NCBI RefSeq assembly: GCF_964204645.1
Contig: NC_134035.1
Span: 13,576,686 to 13,640,685 of the forward strand
Direction of reading: 5' to 3'
Length of the DNA stretch: 64,000 bases
From: Tubulanus polymorphus
Taxonomy: Eukaryota; Animalia; Nemertea
Part shown: piece after piece, positions 48,283 to 61,988 of the stretch
Layout: each line of letters opens with the position of its first letter
Numbering within the stretch: the stretch's first letter is position 1
The notes under the pieces: model-generated
Seen by the model: only the letters and a program-made list of their open reading frames with translations
Told to the model about the DNA's origin: nothing
The model's database searches: none
Program-made: the position numbers and the translations under genes

Positions 48283-49387
48283 CTACGCTGATATATTTAC
48301 TCTGGGATTCAATAATATTAGTAAATAATTGTGATATAATAAAAGTCAATTGTGCAATAAACAAACGCAAAGTTCTTGTCTGATTAAATATGATGATGAT
48401 TTTTTTTCTATGAAGATGAAAAATGAAAATTTAACGCTGTAAAAATAATATGAAATGTAATAGAATCGTAGCTTTAGTTTTTGATAAATTGTAACGAAAC
48501 CAGAATGAAATGATTTAATGCTTCTCGTTAAAGTTGTGTGCATGACCATCTTATATGAAATGTGTAAAGACCCCAGGACTGCAGTTCTCCCGACAGGCCC
48601 GGGACTGGAATGAGCCCTGGGACCTGCAGTCCTGATAGGCCGCAGGACCTGCAGTCCTTTGTTAATTCAGACTTCTGTGTTGAGTCAATTCACTCAAATT
48701 TTGACTGACAGTTTACTCTGTGTGGAGCTGGGTCCATTGCAGATGTGTAAATGATTTTAGCATAATTTTTGCATGATGAATAGGCCTATAAGATACTGCA
48801 GCTACTGATGCAGTCGCAGCTACTTTTGAAGCTGTGCAGACTGCAGATGCAGCTACTTGCTTTGGTAATTTGTAAATATAGCTATAGTGTATGAATGAAC
48901 AATAAAAGATTAAGAAAAGATTAGTATTTGAAATATGCAATAATATTCTCCTTCGCCATATCTATTTCTTTCTCTCCTCTCCCTCATCTTATCTGTCTCC
49001 TCTCTCTCATCCCTCTCACTTCTGTCTCTCTTCTCTCCCTTTCTCCTCGCCTCTCTCCCCCTCTCCATTATCTGTCTCTCTCGGAAATCTGATTTAGATT
49101 TGTCTAATCTCAACTCCCCCTCTGGTCTACCCTGAACTGTCATTGCTTATCAATGATTCGAAGATTCATGCAATACAATTAAAGTAAAAAAAAACATATT
49201 GTCTTTGAAATTGTTTTTATTTTGTGTTGGTTTGCTACAATTGGTGGATTTCTGGTCGATATAAGGAATATGATCGTCGCAGTGGAGACCGGTTATCGGC
49301 TGGTCTTCAAAATAAAATAGAGTCTTCATTAACTCGAGCGGCTAGGGCCTGTCGTTTGTTACAAGTGCTGTGATTGGCTACGACCGG

Positions 49388-49700
49388 GATCTGGTTGGCT
49401 CCGGCGTAACGAGTCGCGAGGTCTTGTTCGGGGAACGGCTTTAGCTTAGTGGGTTCGAATCCCTTGACGGGTGAAGTGTCTAACTGAAGGTAGACACCGT
49501 TAACCAGTCTATCAAGTGTATCAAGCTCGTTTGTCTGTGGACTGGTTGCCGTTCTCGTACTTTCAGTGACCGCGAATCTGTGATACACCAGACACTACAG
49601 TTCTTGGTGAAGCTCTCGTCTGCTCACCGGGTGTGTGATAGCCCTCGTTACTGTGAGGTCAAAGATTCGTTCTGTTCACTCAGTATTCATTCAGTATTTT
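49388..49700 (+). mobile_element. Possible tRNA-headed SINE or Pol III RNA
   Basis: D-arm-like GCTC/GAGT, B box GGTTCGAATCC at ~49452, simple cattca-type tail. Confidence 0.35.
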
Positions 49701-51136
49701 GGTGCTATCAATTTCCTTCTTTAACTTCAATGGGTTTTCGCGTCCGTAGCTTTTTTGAAAAATATAATGAGCGAAATAAAAGTCGTTAAGGTAAAATAAG
49801 AATATTGCGTGATGAAGTTAATGACGCGTATAAGAGTGAGTGACTAGGACGAGGTTTAGTGAAGGGTTTGATGAGGTGTGAACATCGTATTCAAATGTTC
49901 GCGACAACCTGAGATTTCCGATATGAATAATGGACAGACGACAGTGTGAGATAAACCAACACTCGAAACATAAAAACCATTAATTTAATTTCTCGATATT
50001 AAAATCACTTTAAAATTTTCGCCACACGCGCGCGCGTCATCTGTACGCCTCGTTCTGGCGAGCCGGATAATTCATAATTCGTCACCGATGATGAACGTTG
50101 ACAACGGAAATGACGCAACAATGTGCGATCGTTAGAGAGACGGAGAAATGGCGAATCTGCGCATCAGTCATTTTTGCCTGTCAAAACTTGCGCAAATTGG
50201 AAGAAAACTTATGAAATATTTCTTTCCAGGCAGTTGGGCGACGGTTTCTGCTTGGCGGGACTTTGTCGGTTCTAATCTGCTAATCAATTCATACGGCACT
50301 TTCGCGAATAAACGATACCCGTCGAACCATGAACACAAACCGTGCCTGCGATCTCTTGCTGCCAAAAACGGCGCGATGGAGGCAACATAAAAATTTCCGC
50401 GTTCGTGATTTCATTGCCGAGTCGATCTTACGCCGACGCGACTTGGGGATAGGGTGATTTCTTGATTCATTTGCTCATAAGTGGGCATCTTATGAACCGT
50501 TAACTTATTGGTTAGGGGCGCGAACACAAATCCGGCTTTATGGAATTAATTTACCGAAAGCTAAACGTATATTTCGCGGTCCCAGTAGAATTGTGTTTAT
50601 TAATTCTCTCGATTACTTTCCTACTCTTTCTCTACTCTCTCTCATCGATGCCCCAGTCTTACCGGGGAAACAATACTCGACTGTGAAGAGTTTGGCGTGT
50701 ATTAATTTTACAGTTGGGCTACGAACACAAACACTTTCACGCACTCGCCATAGTTTCACCGGTCCCTCGCGTATAACGGCTCTTGTCACGTGTTTAATGC
50801 GTCAACCAATCACCTTCACGGACGGCTGCTCAGCCGAAAAATTACCGTTATATCGAATCTTTCAATGAATTAAACTTCCGAACCCCCAGTTACCCAATTT
50901 CCCTGAATCAGTCTCTCTCTCTCGGCGGCGTCTGCCTGTTCACCGCCATCTCGTCGTTTATCGCTGAGCGCAACAATACATCGACCGGAAGTGATTCGGC
51001 GGAAACGAATAACACGCCTTGACTAATAGACAAATATTTACAATTATACGCGCATCGATCCGTCGTGAAAATAGTAACAATTGCGATCCATTCATAAATA
51101 AAAGTAAAAACGATAAAAGCCCCGGATGTACACCTA

Positions 51137-51150
51137 CAGCGCCACCTGGA
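51137..51150 (-). promoter_or_regulatory. CTCF-like motif
   Basis: CAGCGCCACCTGG matches the CTCF core; similar sites at 45257-45270, 23574-23587, 23628-23640. Confidence 0.4.
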
Positions 51151-51733
51151 CACCTACAGCGCGAGTATCCAATATTAGCGGAAATTAGAAAGTTGTCCAC
51201 GCGCTAGGCGGACGATGACGTCAACAAGAAATATTGTTTAAATAAAACAAACTTCCTCACTTTGAGACCTGATTGTAACGGACCTCTATAGATTTGTCAA
51301 TGGACCTCCGTTGATTTGGTTCATGTTAGCAGTTATAGCCCCCATGTTTGCCCCTGTTAATTACTTTACTTTTAATAATTTGGCTCACACGCTGCTAAAC
51401 TACTATAAACCACTTAAAACCACGTCCCTGACTTTATAAGTTCCAGGTGTTTTAAGTTTTCGGTATGAAGAGAGCTCTTTTCATTAGAGCAATATTCCTA
51501 TCGTTAAAAAATTGATTGTCAACCAAAACAAAACTTTAACGAGATTGGCAATTATTTTTCAATGTCGAGTATTACACCGATTACTGCATTTTTGAAATTT
51601 TCTCATATGTAAAGTGGTTAGAGATGAGATAACTGTGTAGAAATTGCGCTATATCAAGAAAATAAAGTATCTTTGAGTAAGAAATTTACACATAGGCTGA
51701 ATACAACGATTGGGGAACGTGAAAATAGCCTTA

Positions 51734-51935
51734 AGCCCAACGCAGACGGCACCGAAAAAAACGTTTTTTCCTCGTGAAAAAAAGGTTTTCGATGTTTTTT
51801 GTTATGCCGTGTGCGGGGGAGGTAAAACACAAAACGCCGAACTTAAAAACGTTTTTCACGAGCAAAAAACGTTTTCTGAAAAACGTGTTTTCTGTTTCGA
51901 CGAAACAATTAATGTTTTGCCGTATGCGTTGGGCT
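51734..51935. mobile_element. Tourist/Harbinger-like MITE with TTA target duplication
   Basis: TTA-agcccaacgcagacggca...tgccgtatgcgttgggct-TTA. Confidence 0.75.
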
Positions 51936-52790
51936 TTAAAAACCTGGAACCGGTGAAGTATGAATTGTTGTCCTCATTGAAGAAAACATAAAGTAACCAA
52001 TAGCAATTACACCAAAAATCTTAGTTAAACTTTTTGGTGAAACTGGGACGGTTGTCTATGTTCTGTCCTATAAATGGTGATTCCAATGATTTGAATCACG
52101 ACCGTTGAGAGAACATACACTTTCTTATCGATGATTAATGGATGTACCTACTACACTTCACACCGGGCGTCGAATCAGTGAGAGACTAATGAAAAACAAC
52201 CCCTCCGCTCCGGTATAACTCTCTCTCTCATGAGTTCCCGGTTGAGATATTTAGTCAGGTTACGATTGTAAAGAACACGGTGGAATAAGTGACAGATTTG
52301 ATGACGATGTCTGGTGTATAAGACGTCTGCTGGTCCTCTGAGAGCGGACGAGATTTTTCCGGTGATTAGGGGTTGAGTGTAAGACACGTTCACGCCTTGT
52401 TTAACCGGGATCATTACGCAGATTGGGTGGATCGAATATTGCCTCAACTACTCGAGTCTGACAAGTAGAAGTCGGTCCTGCGGGATCGGCGTACTGTCCT
52501 CGCAGGACCCATAAACCTCTGAGTTAATGTCAATGTCTTTACTTTGCTTAATTAATTGAGTAAGCCTCTCCGGAGCAGGCCGCGCACACCGAGTCGCGCA
52601 CACCAAGCCGCACACGCCGCCACCGTCAAGACAACATTCAATAAGCTTGAAACTCTAAGCTATATACAAAATTTAAGCTATTTATAATTAGCAAAAATTG
52701 GAATCAAAAAGACAACGTTTCGGGCTCACGCTAGAGACCATTGTCACCACCCATCTTTAGAGTTTACTTGAGAAATATTTTGGGAGTTAG

Positions 52791-52923
52791 GTGGAAGGAT
52801 TCCACCCGGAAAGCGTGAGAGAAAAAAACAATAAAAGTTGTTTAATAGAGAAACTCACAATGTCAATTTAAACAAAAGTTATTGCTTTTTTTCTTACGCG
52901 TTTCGGGTGGAATCCTTCCATCC
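52791..52923. repeat. Inverted repeat with hammerhead-like remnants
   Basis: ggtggaaggattccacccg...cgggtggaatccttccatc; GAAACGCGTA on minus strand. Confidence 0.55.
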
Positions 52924-55900
52924 ATGTTTAGAGTCGTTTCGGGTGGAATTTGAGTTTGATATGTTTCATTGAGAGAAACTCTCAATATCAATCTAAATGA
53001 TATTTATCAAAATCATGGAAATAGTCTTAACAATATTTACATCAATGGTTATAAGATGGATGATCACTGCGGTGTCCGGTGTTTCGGGCAGCGAATTGGC
53101 GGTCAAACAAACATCTGTCGCCGGCCATTACGATCGAATTAACAAAATGATTGATTTGAATTCGTGATTTTGCAAATTCAAATATGTTACCAACATGTGA
53201 CATCTTGATTTTGAACACTGGACATTTACACCATATTGTATGAGCGATACGTGGAAATTGATTGGAAAGATTTCTCGAGTTAACTGTACCTGTAGTAATG
53301 TGACGACTTATCCAAAAAATAATATTTTTTATTTCCGCAATAAATGATGACCCAGTGTATTGGAAACAAAAAATCCAAGAAAAAGTTTTTAACGGTGAAA
53401 CGGCGAGAGATGAACCTGAACAAAAGTTTTATTGTAGCAAAGAGAAACCAAGGTTACCATTGACACAAAAATTATTGGAGTATGAATTATATTTGTTGAT
53501 TTTATAGATTTCAACATTTTGATATATCAACTTTTCGGGCTTTCTGGTATATGGTACTCAGATTTAGAGACACTCGTCCCTCCTACTGTCACCCTCAACC
53601 CTATCATCACGTCACTTCCACTGAGATGTATCTCAATCTGATCTGATCGTCTGCCGAATTCAAATTAGATGATTAACTTCTTCTAAACAATTTCATATTT
53701 TCAAAACGGTTTGACGCGCACCGGGCACCAGAAGAGGAGAGACCGTCCTGACGTCTGCTGTCCGATTCTGTTTGAATTAGTAACGCTCTAACATTTTAAC
53801 GAATTCAATCAATTTCATCCCCGAATTTCATAGAATTTAAAATCGACGTCGGTTCGGTTCACGCGAGCACAAAAACTATATAGAAAGGAAATCAAAATCT
53901 CGTCTCAACAAAATTCGGTGCCCCGCCGCCGCCGGCGGTGTCGACAGAGATGAAAATCGCGAGTAACCATCAGCGCGAAAAATCCCCAAATAATTCAATT
54001 GGGTACCGACAATCGGCGCATCTTTTACTGCCCAGTCGAGCACACCGATATGGCCTTCGTGGCGGCCCGATCACGTGACCGATAATCTCGGAGCCCAATG
54101 TCCGACGGTAATGAACCGAGTTTGGACGTCAGCGGCTGTCGCCAACGATCATTACTGTGCGGACGAGTGATTCCTTCAAAATATCCTCCTCGCAGTCGCT
54201 GCCTCTAAAAAGAAGAAAAAAATTTCAAATCTGTGGGCATAAAAACACAATTTAACGGTGTCCATTGTTGGTACGGGTATATGCTTCAGTTCACTCGGAA
54301 TTCTCGTTGAACGGGAATTTAAGATGTCGAATTCAATGGGTTTTCGGTGAATTAAACGCGGTACATTGTGTCAGACCTGGAAACTGGTGGTACTTTCTCT
54401 CGAAATGACCCCGACGCTCGAGTCAGGATCTTGTGGCGGTGGTGGGAACCCAGCATCACCGACCGACCGACATGCGCTGAGAATTTTTTTTTAGAATCCT
54501 ATTTTTACAAGGGGCCTCGTCGGATTTTGATTTCGATGAAGCCTTGTCGAGCACCAGCATCTATAAAGCCACTGTTGTTGTGAGTTTAGAGAGATTTGAA
54601 TAGATTTAAATAATTAAAAATGAACACATAGCTGTTATGAAATAAAGATTATTCTGAATGATAAATAGATGCATAGGTCAAGGTCCGAGTTAGCCTAAAG
54701 TTTGACCTGACGATAGAAATAGTTTATTTCCAATTATTTTTGTTCTAGGTTCGAATTTGGACCGATAATATGTAAACCTGAGTCCAGGATATCACTGAAA
54801 CTCAATGAGTTTTCAAAACATTTAATTTACGATGATATAGGCCTACACAATAATCATTGGCATTGAAAATGAGCTAAACTCAATTGATTTTAGGCTTCAC
54901 TGACATATTGTTGATATCTGAGTGAAAAATCAATACTAACTAATTTGAATATTCAAATATATCTTCAATCAATAATTGTATAAGTACTATGCATACGTAT
55001 GTATAAACTCGTAACGGTTTTATTTAGTGTCGGTTAATAACGGTTGAATTCAAACTGATTTATTTAAACGACCAAACGGTTAATAAGAACGAGGTCCACT
55101 AGTGGTCAGATAACTGTAATCCCAATTACAAATCAGCAATCTGTAAAACTACCACTTCTGCGGTGGTACCGATGGTGTAAAACCTGGACCCGTAGATAAG
55201 GTGATTACTCTCGGACTACTGGATACCGGTTACTCTCGGAATATGGTCCACTAAACACTGTTCAATGACCGATGATTAATCCTGGTCAATAATCCGATAT
55301 AATCGTTATTGAACTGTATAATGATGGTTGTTGGTAAGAGCTGAGAGTGAGAGAGTGAGAGAGTGAAGACGAGCATCAACTCTATAACCCTGTTATCGGT
55401 ACTGTCACGTGTCCACTGATAATCGGCTGCTGTGGTTTATGATTCTCTCGTTCTGCCCTTAATGGAATTAGTATTCAATATTACACCATCAAACACTGAG
55501 TGATGCGTCTCTCATATCAATTTAACCCCGATATCAGCAACTCGTCTGCTCGCTCGGTCAGTCCATCTGAAACAATATCGCGGCACAATATTACCATGAT
55601 TCACCTGATGATGTTTAGGGCAGAGAACAAACACGCCTGCTCTCTGTCCATCTTCACAAAATACACAGTCAAAGCCTAATGCTGCCATACGTTTCAATAC
55701 CATCTGCCTTCTCATCGCCGACTTTTTTCAGTGAATACTAGAATTGTTCAATCGAACTCAAATTCAACGTTAATTCAATTCTTTATATTATAACGCTTTT
55801 AAATTCGTCTCAACACCGTGATTTACATTGGACCCCGAACAGTTGTGTTTTTATCACTGAGGACTGATTACTGTATTCAATGAAACGCCATTCTTTATAA

Positions 55901-58900
55901 CGCGCTGTCCACAGTGCCTGCGTGTCGGCCCTGTGCCAGTGCCGGCCCAGTGCCGGGCCCTGGCCCAGTGCCAGTCCAGTGCCTGCCCAGTGCCGGCCCA
56001 GTGCCGGTTCAGTGCCTGCTCAGTGATTTTCAGTGATAGATTTCTATTTGTTGATATAAAGTCTCGACGCGTCTATTGCAGATTCTTCAATTAGTCTCGG
56101 CAAAAATGATGACTTAATTTGATGAAAAATTCTGATTGAAGATTTTCATCTCAAATCTGACATATATTGAGACGAGATGGGTGAGAGGAGACGGGGATGA
56201 GAGGGGGGAGACGGGGATGAGAGGAGAGGGAGGAGGGTGTCTCCTGTCTCTCAATTCTCTCATCAATAAATCTCACTATCTCAGTGTTGAGAGTCTGTTA
56301 TGTGCTTCAATACAGATATCATAATAAACTCATATAATTCGGAATCAGATTTCGAAATATTGAACGGCGGTTGATTTAATGAAATCAATCTGACGCGGCG
56401 GAGGGGACGGAGGGGACGGCGGAGACGGAGGGGAGGCTCGAATGAATTTCCGAGGATTGACACTGATTGTGACCCCCACGTATTCCGGCAAACTCACCGC
56501 GTGTCCGATATATTGTTTTATAATCGGTGACGATTGTAAATTTCTCTGCTGATCGAACTCGCACAAAATCTCCCCATTAAAGCGGAATGATCATCGAGGT
56601 GCATGCGCGAGTGCACTTTAGGTGTCGGGTGGATTGCGGGGAGGGGTACACTGCGAGAGCGGGGTCCGAGTGGTGTGTCACCCCAGGTCACAGTTACCAA
56701 ACACAGAATATCGCCCTGTAATGACTAAGTTGCTTGAACACAGAAATAGAGAAGGATTTTCTTCAGTTATATTCTTTATAAAAAATATTGATTCATTTTT
56801 AATCATAGATTTATCGACTGTGGTATATACATATGTAGAATGATATTATCGATCGGCTCAAGGCGTGAAGGGACCATAGCAACACGCTTCAACAATCAAT
56901 ATATAGCCCGAGGACTGTCCTCTCTTTCTATACAAGGAGAAAGTGTGGATGAAACTTGTATTTGAAACGTTTGGCCAATTATTTTTTTATCTGCGATCTA
57001 AATGCGCACAGTATGTCGTCCGTTCCCGCGGGGTCCACAGAGCGCCTCGGGTCGCGCTGGTCATGTGGTGTATAGTGTTGTGTGTGATAGACCTTTTTAC
57101 GATATCATCAGTCGCGCACCACGTGATAACAACATGTAAAATATCTGATGACAAACACTATAGATACAAGGGGTTCAAACATTCCGAGTCCGTGTTGTAA
57201 AACCCATTGTAAATAAATTCCACAATAAGAATAAAAAGAGTTCCAATAATGTTTTCTTTAGTTAAATGTTTTATTAGACGTTTAGATATCATAAATAACC
57301 AACTTCTGCAGGAATATCAAAGTTATAGACAACAAAATGAGTTTTAAGTTCGATTTGACTTGATTTGAAACATTGAAAATGGAGTAACTTTAACCGTCAA
57401 CTGTCTGGGACTGGGTTTTACAACAGTGGAACTATCCGTAAGCCCCGAGTCAAATCACAAAAAGTCTCTTTTTATCATGAATTTATCTTATATATTTCTT
57501 ATCCTTGATTGACCACGTTTGATGATGCAATCCAGATCCATTCATCAGTTTGAGTTTTGTTTATTTCGTGTAGATCGAGATTTCACGATTTGTAGAAATC
57601 TCAGAGAGGAGATCCGACAGGGTTTGAATGAACGATACCTGTTTCTATGTGCAGCGAGTCTTACGGGACGAGAAAAATATGTTTAATACATAATTACAGA
57701 TAACACGAGCCCGCGGTGAGAATCATTGCAACCTCGAGCAATAATTTAACATCTGTTAACAACACCCTTCGAATTATACCAAACTCGGGATAGTGAAATT
57801 GATATAATCTCTTGGGTGTTGAAAATAAACCACCACCACCAACAGTCAGCGCCCCGGGCTCGAATCCAAAACATCCCAATAAATTACATAAGTTGTCCGT
57901 AGTCCCGCCTATATAGTTAAACTCAACGGGCCGCGGTAAATAGCAACTGGCTACATGGTAACCGGGTCGGGTTAGGGCACACGCTGTGGGTACCTTACTC
58001 AGCCTGAAACCCAGCAGGGGTTGCGTTCACGTAATGAAGACTCGACATTTGTTAAACTATTGTCCTCTTAATGTGATTTGTGTTTATTCGAATCGGCTTG
58101 AAATTGATAATTACAACTTAGGTTGTAATTCGATCTAATGAAGGCTGAGAGACTCGCTGTCCATAGTCCACAACACGTTTAATGAGGGAGAGGGACTAGC
58201 TGTCCATAGTCCACACAACCCGTCGCCAATTTGTTCTATCTAATGAGGGAACTGATGACGGCCAACTGTCCACACCTTGGTTCATAGTTTTCGAGAAAGT
58301 TTTGCTTGTTTCAGCAAAATTGTTTGTGAAGATTTTATCTATTTATGTAGGACCATGTAAATAACGAATACAGTAGAAATGTGCCTGACTTGAGCGACGT
58401 CTACGAGTTGGATGCTTTATAATTCTTAAGTACTGTCCTGAAAATACTTCAACGAACATCTGAGTTAAACGGTTAAATCAGACTTGGTCGGATCCGATTT
58501 ATCCTATCGTCTGCTTATTTATATTTCCTGTGGTTCTGTGCTGTCCGGGGAAGTCAATCAGAATACTTAATGATGATTTGTGTCCTGAAATTAATCTTCT
58601 AATTCCTCATGTTGTGATGAAACAGTTGACGCCCATCTCAATTATATCATTTCATGGCAGTCCCATAGAAAAATACATTATAAACTATTGGAAAAGTGTC
58701 TATTGAACTTAGTATATCAACTATTTCGATGTTTTCGTTTAAAGGTGTTGTAGCTTTATTAATTCGTCCCGTTTTCTCTATCCGCTAATTGCAACTAATT
58801 TGTAGCAATAAATCAAAATTGAATTGAATTGGTCCCCGGTTTCTTTCTCATTTGCATTATTTGAATATGGTCAATGCATACATATCTTTTAAACAATCCA

Positions 58901-61900
58901 CGACCTCGCGTATCGATTGGGTTCGAGTCCCACCTGATCCTTATGGGCTCGGTGATTTTCAGGTCCAGTATTTCTTCCTCTCCTCTCAGGTGGTAGCAGA
59001 AAGCTTTAAGAAAACAATCCAGACAAACAAAAACTAAACTCCGTTTTGTTTTTGATAGATTATTACATAATTTCACGATTTATTGACATTTCAAATTTAC
59101 ATATAAATTTATTTATTCATTTCCATTATCATTATATCTAAACCCATTAAACCATTTTTTATTAAACAACTCGAATCGTTTCAGGTTCAGAATTTCGAAA
59201 GAAAATTGAAGACAGGACAAACGTTCAACTTAGAAACACAGACACATGGGGCCCAGCTGCACAGCCAGGCTTAGATCTAAGACCAGTCTATGTATGGCCT
59301 TGGTTCGCAAATAAATCTAGTAAACGACAGTGTTGAAGCCAGTAAGCCTTGGTCCCATCCATAGTCAATCTAATTTGAGTGAGCTTACTTAATGTAGCCA
59401 ATCTGACAACTTAATTAAAATCAGTCTAAGCTCATTTTAGTTTGATAGCCAATCTCACAATTAATACTAATAACTGAAGAAATTTGAGACTGGATTTTGG
59501 ACTGAAGTCACGACTGTGCAACCAAACCCCGGGGGTTGAACCGTTTCTCCAAGTTGCCTCATTTGAAATCAATATTCTCTGAATTATAAATAGCTCATTA
59601 TCATAATCATTTCACTTAATAAAAACATTATTGAATTCTGAAATGACGAAGAATTTATCAGCGAATTGACGAAAAATGTCACATTGAAATCAGATTCGTT
59701 ATAAATGTGTTGCCGAGTAGCACCTGAGCAGAAGCGTGAACCTGACACGACGTAAACCACATGTTTAACATCCTAAGAGCACCGATTCGTCAGTCGCGGT
59801 CAGGTTTAAATTAATCCAATAATTAAAGCCGTTTTTGCCGTGTGGTGATTCAATTCAAGTAAATTAAGTAGAAATTTATTTACAATTTCGATGACGAAAC
59901 GAAAAAAAAAAACGTAAAATGTGCGAAAACCACGTGACAACAATATGGATAGTTAGTACGATTTACCGAAATTTAGCACCGAAATCCAGAAACAAAAAAA
60001 AAACTCATAAACCCCTAAACGCAATTGAGTATTTAAACCAATCCCGACAGACAGCTCCCCGACCCCCCCCCCCCCCCCAAAAAAAAAATGTAACATCGTT
60101 TTTATTCGACGTTTCATGTAAAATTATTGTTTTGTACATAATTTATTTGTATCTACACATATTCATCGTTCACACGGTTACAATATACACCACACCAGCG
60201 ACACCTATATTCCACACGCGCTATCCTAGTAACGTTTGTTTGTCTCCGTTAGAGTCTCGTTTCTTTAAGATCACGTGACTAATCGTGAAATATTATCTCG
60301 GATTAAAATTCCGCGCGCGTTTTATTACGGTTATACAGAACTATACCGTCGCGCCACCTATCATTGAATCCTAGGCCAATACTGTGACGTCATTGCAGCT
60401 CCCATATGGGCCATATTGTGGTCTGGGTGACCTCCACCTGGTACTTGTACCGGTACGCTTACTCCTGGTGAGATCAGACCTACAAAACACAATACAAATA
60501 CATTTATCGATTTATTCGTTGTTTTATCGATTTTTAGTTCGATTATCGATTTTTATAAACAATTTTTGTTTACAATGCATTTATGATATTGTGGGGACCT
60601 TGACCTTCGAACAGAAAGCACGAAATACACGTACAGCAGACTCCACGATAGAATAGGAAGGAAATGTTGACATTACTTTGACATAGATAATCATAAAACC
60701 ACCAAGACGAGCGCGGTTAAGACCGAGGTGGGGAGGGATTCCTGGGTCTAGGGGATGCAGTAATTCAGAAGTTAAGAGTTAATCAGTGGATAGTATTAGT
60801 AACAAAAGTCATCCGCCCCTGGTTTCTATGTAATCAACTTTTGAGCAACTGGCAGTTCACGAAAAAGTATCGGTTAGATACAGTTAAGTTTGAATTGTTT
60901 TCTTCGAAATAATTTGACCAATGATTGGAACTTGTCGTGAAACTGTACCCCATACCAGAGATTGGAGTCTACTGTCGATTTCAGACTTCAGATAGATATT
61001 TAGAAAGTTTCAAGTTCAAAGTCCATGTTGGAATTGTTTTTGTTTTTTTTTTTTAAGGAAAAGGTGTTTGAAAGATAGGTACCCATGCCAGCATACCGGT
61101 AGATGAAGCGTTGCCATTGTGAGTCATATGACTGGACATACTAGCGGCAGGATGTGGGTTACAAGGTTGTCTGGAATAGTTGCTTAAACTCAGTGGATCG
61201 TAACTTCGGGCAGGACCTGAAATTAGACAATATAGAAAAATACGTTAATAAATAATTTGAAGTAAAAACTCCACAACGATAAAGAAAATCTTAATGACAA
61301 TTTTAAGTTTCGACCAGATTTTCTATGGGTCATTTTCAAAAACTGATTTATAATGCATTTTAACAATACAGCGTGTAGCGACAAGGTTACTATGTGATAT
61401 GCTAGGATGTAGTGAGTGTCAAGTTCATCGTTCTCCCATAGCGCCACTGCTTGGACCAAATGGACACATAGCATTCTAACGAATTTTCCAGCGTCCTAAA
61501 GAATGATATTGCCCTTGAATTTGAGTTTTATTTGGTAATTTTCTGTTCGGAAAAATGTCGTCGTTTAGCGAGCAGTTGCGTTGAAAAAGATGGCAGCGTT
61601 TAACGGACTTTGACTGTATTTGAATTTTAAATCCTAGAGGGGGTCGATGATGGTTCAGGGGGAGAGAGATGACTGCTCGCGAGGGGGTCGGGTAGAGGGG
61701 AATATAATCATCAAATTGCCCCGCAGTATATCACGTGTTTAATTTCTGTCTGTGTCTGTGTGTGAATCAATGTACGGTATTATATTGCTACCGCCTCGAA
61801 CCTTTCTAATCGAGTCAGAACCTCTTCTCTTACAAAATCAACCGCGTCGTAAACCGAACCCGATAGATTTTGTTTTAACGAATTGTCTCTTGTCTTTTTT

Positions 61901-61952
61901 TTGCTCCTCGCTCGCGTTCGATATTAGCGATGTTGAAATGAACATCGTAAAC

Positions 61953-61988
<36 letters not shown>

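Larger units (their letters stand above)
44942..49200 (+). other. Probable long 3' UTR ending near an ATTAAA signal at ~49178
   Basis: AU-rich non-coding stretch; ATTAAA followed by a GT/T-rich tract (49200-49235). The true end point cannot be fixed from sequence alone. Confidence 0.4.

Noticed and set aside
49336-49410. 7SK-like motif GATCTGGTTGGCT
   Set aside because: No partner GATC on the 5' strand, and no 7SK 5' end or 3' hairpin.
49612-49635. tcaccgggt resembling the miR-36 seed
   Set aside because: The hairpin is far too short for a pre-miRNA.
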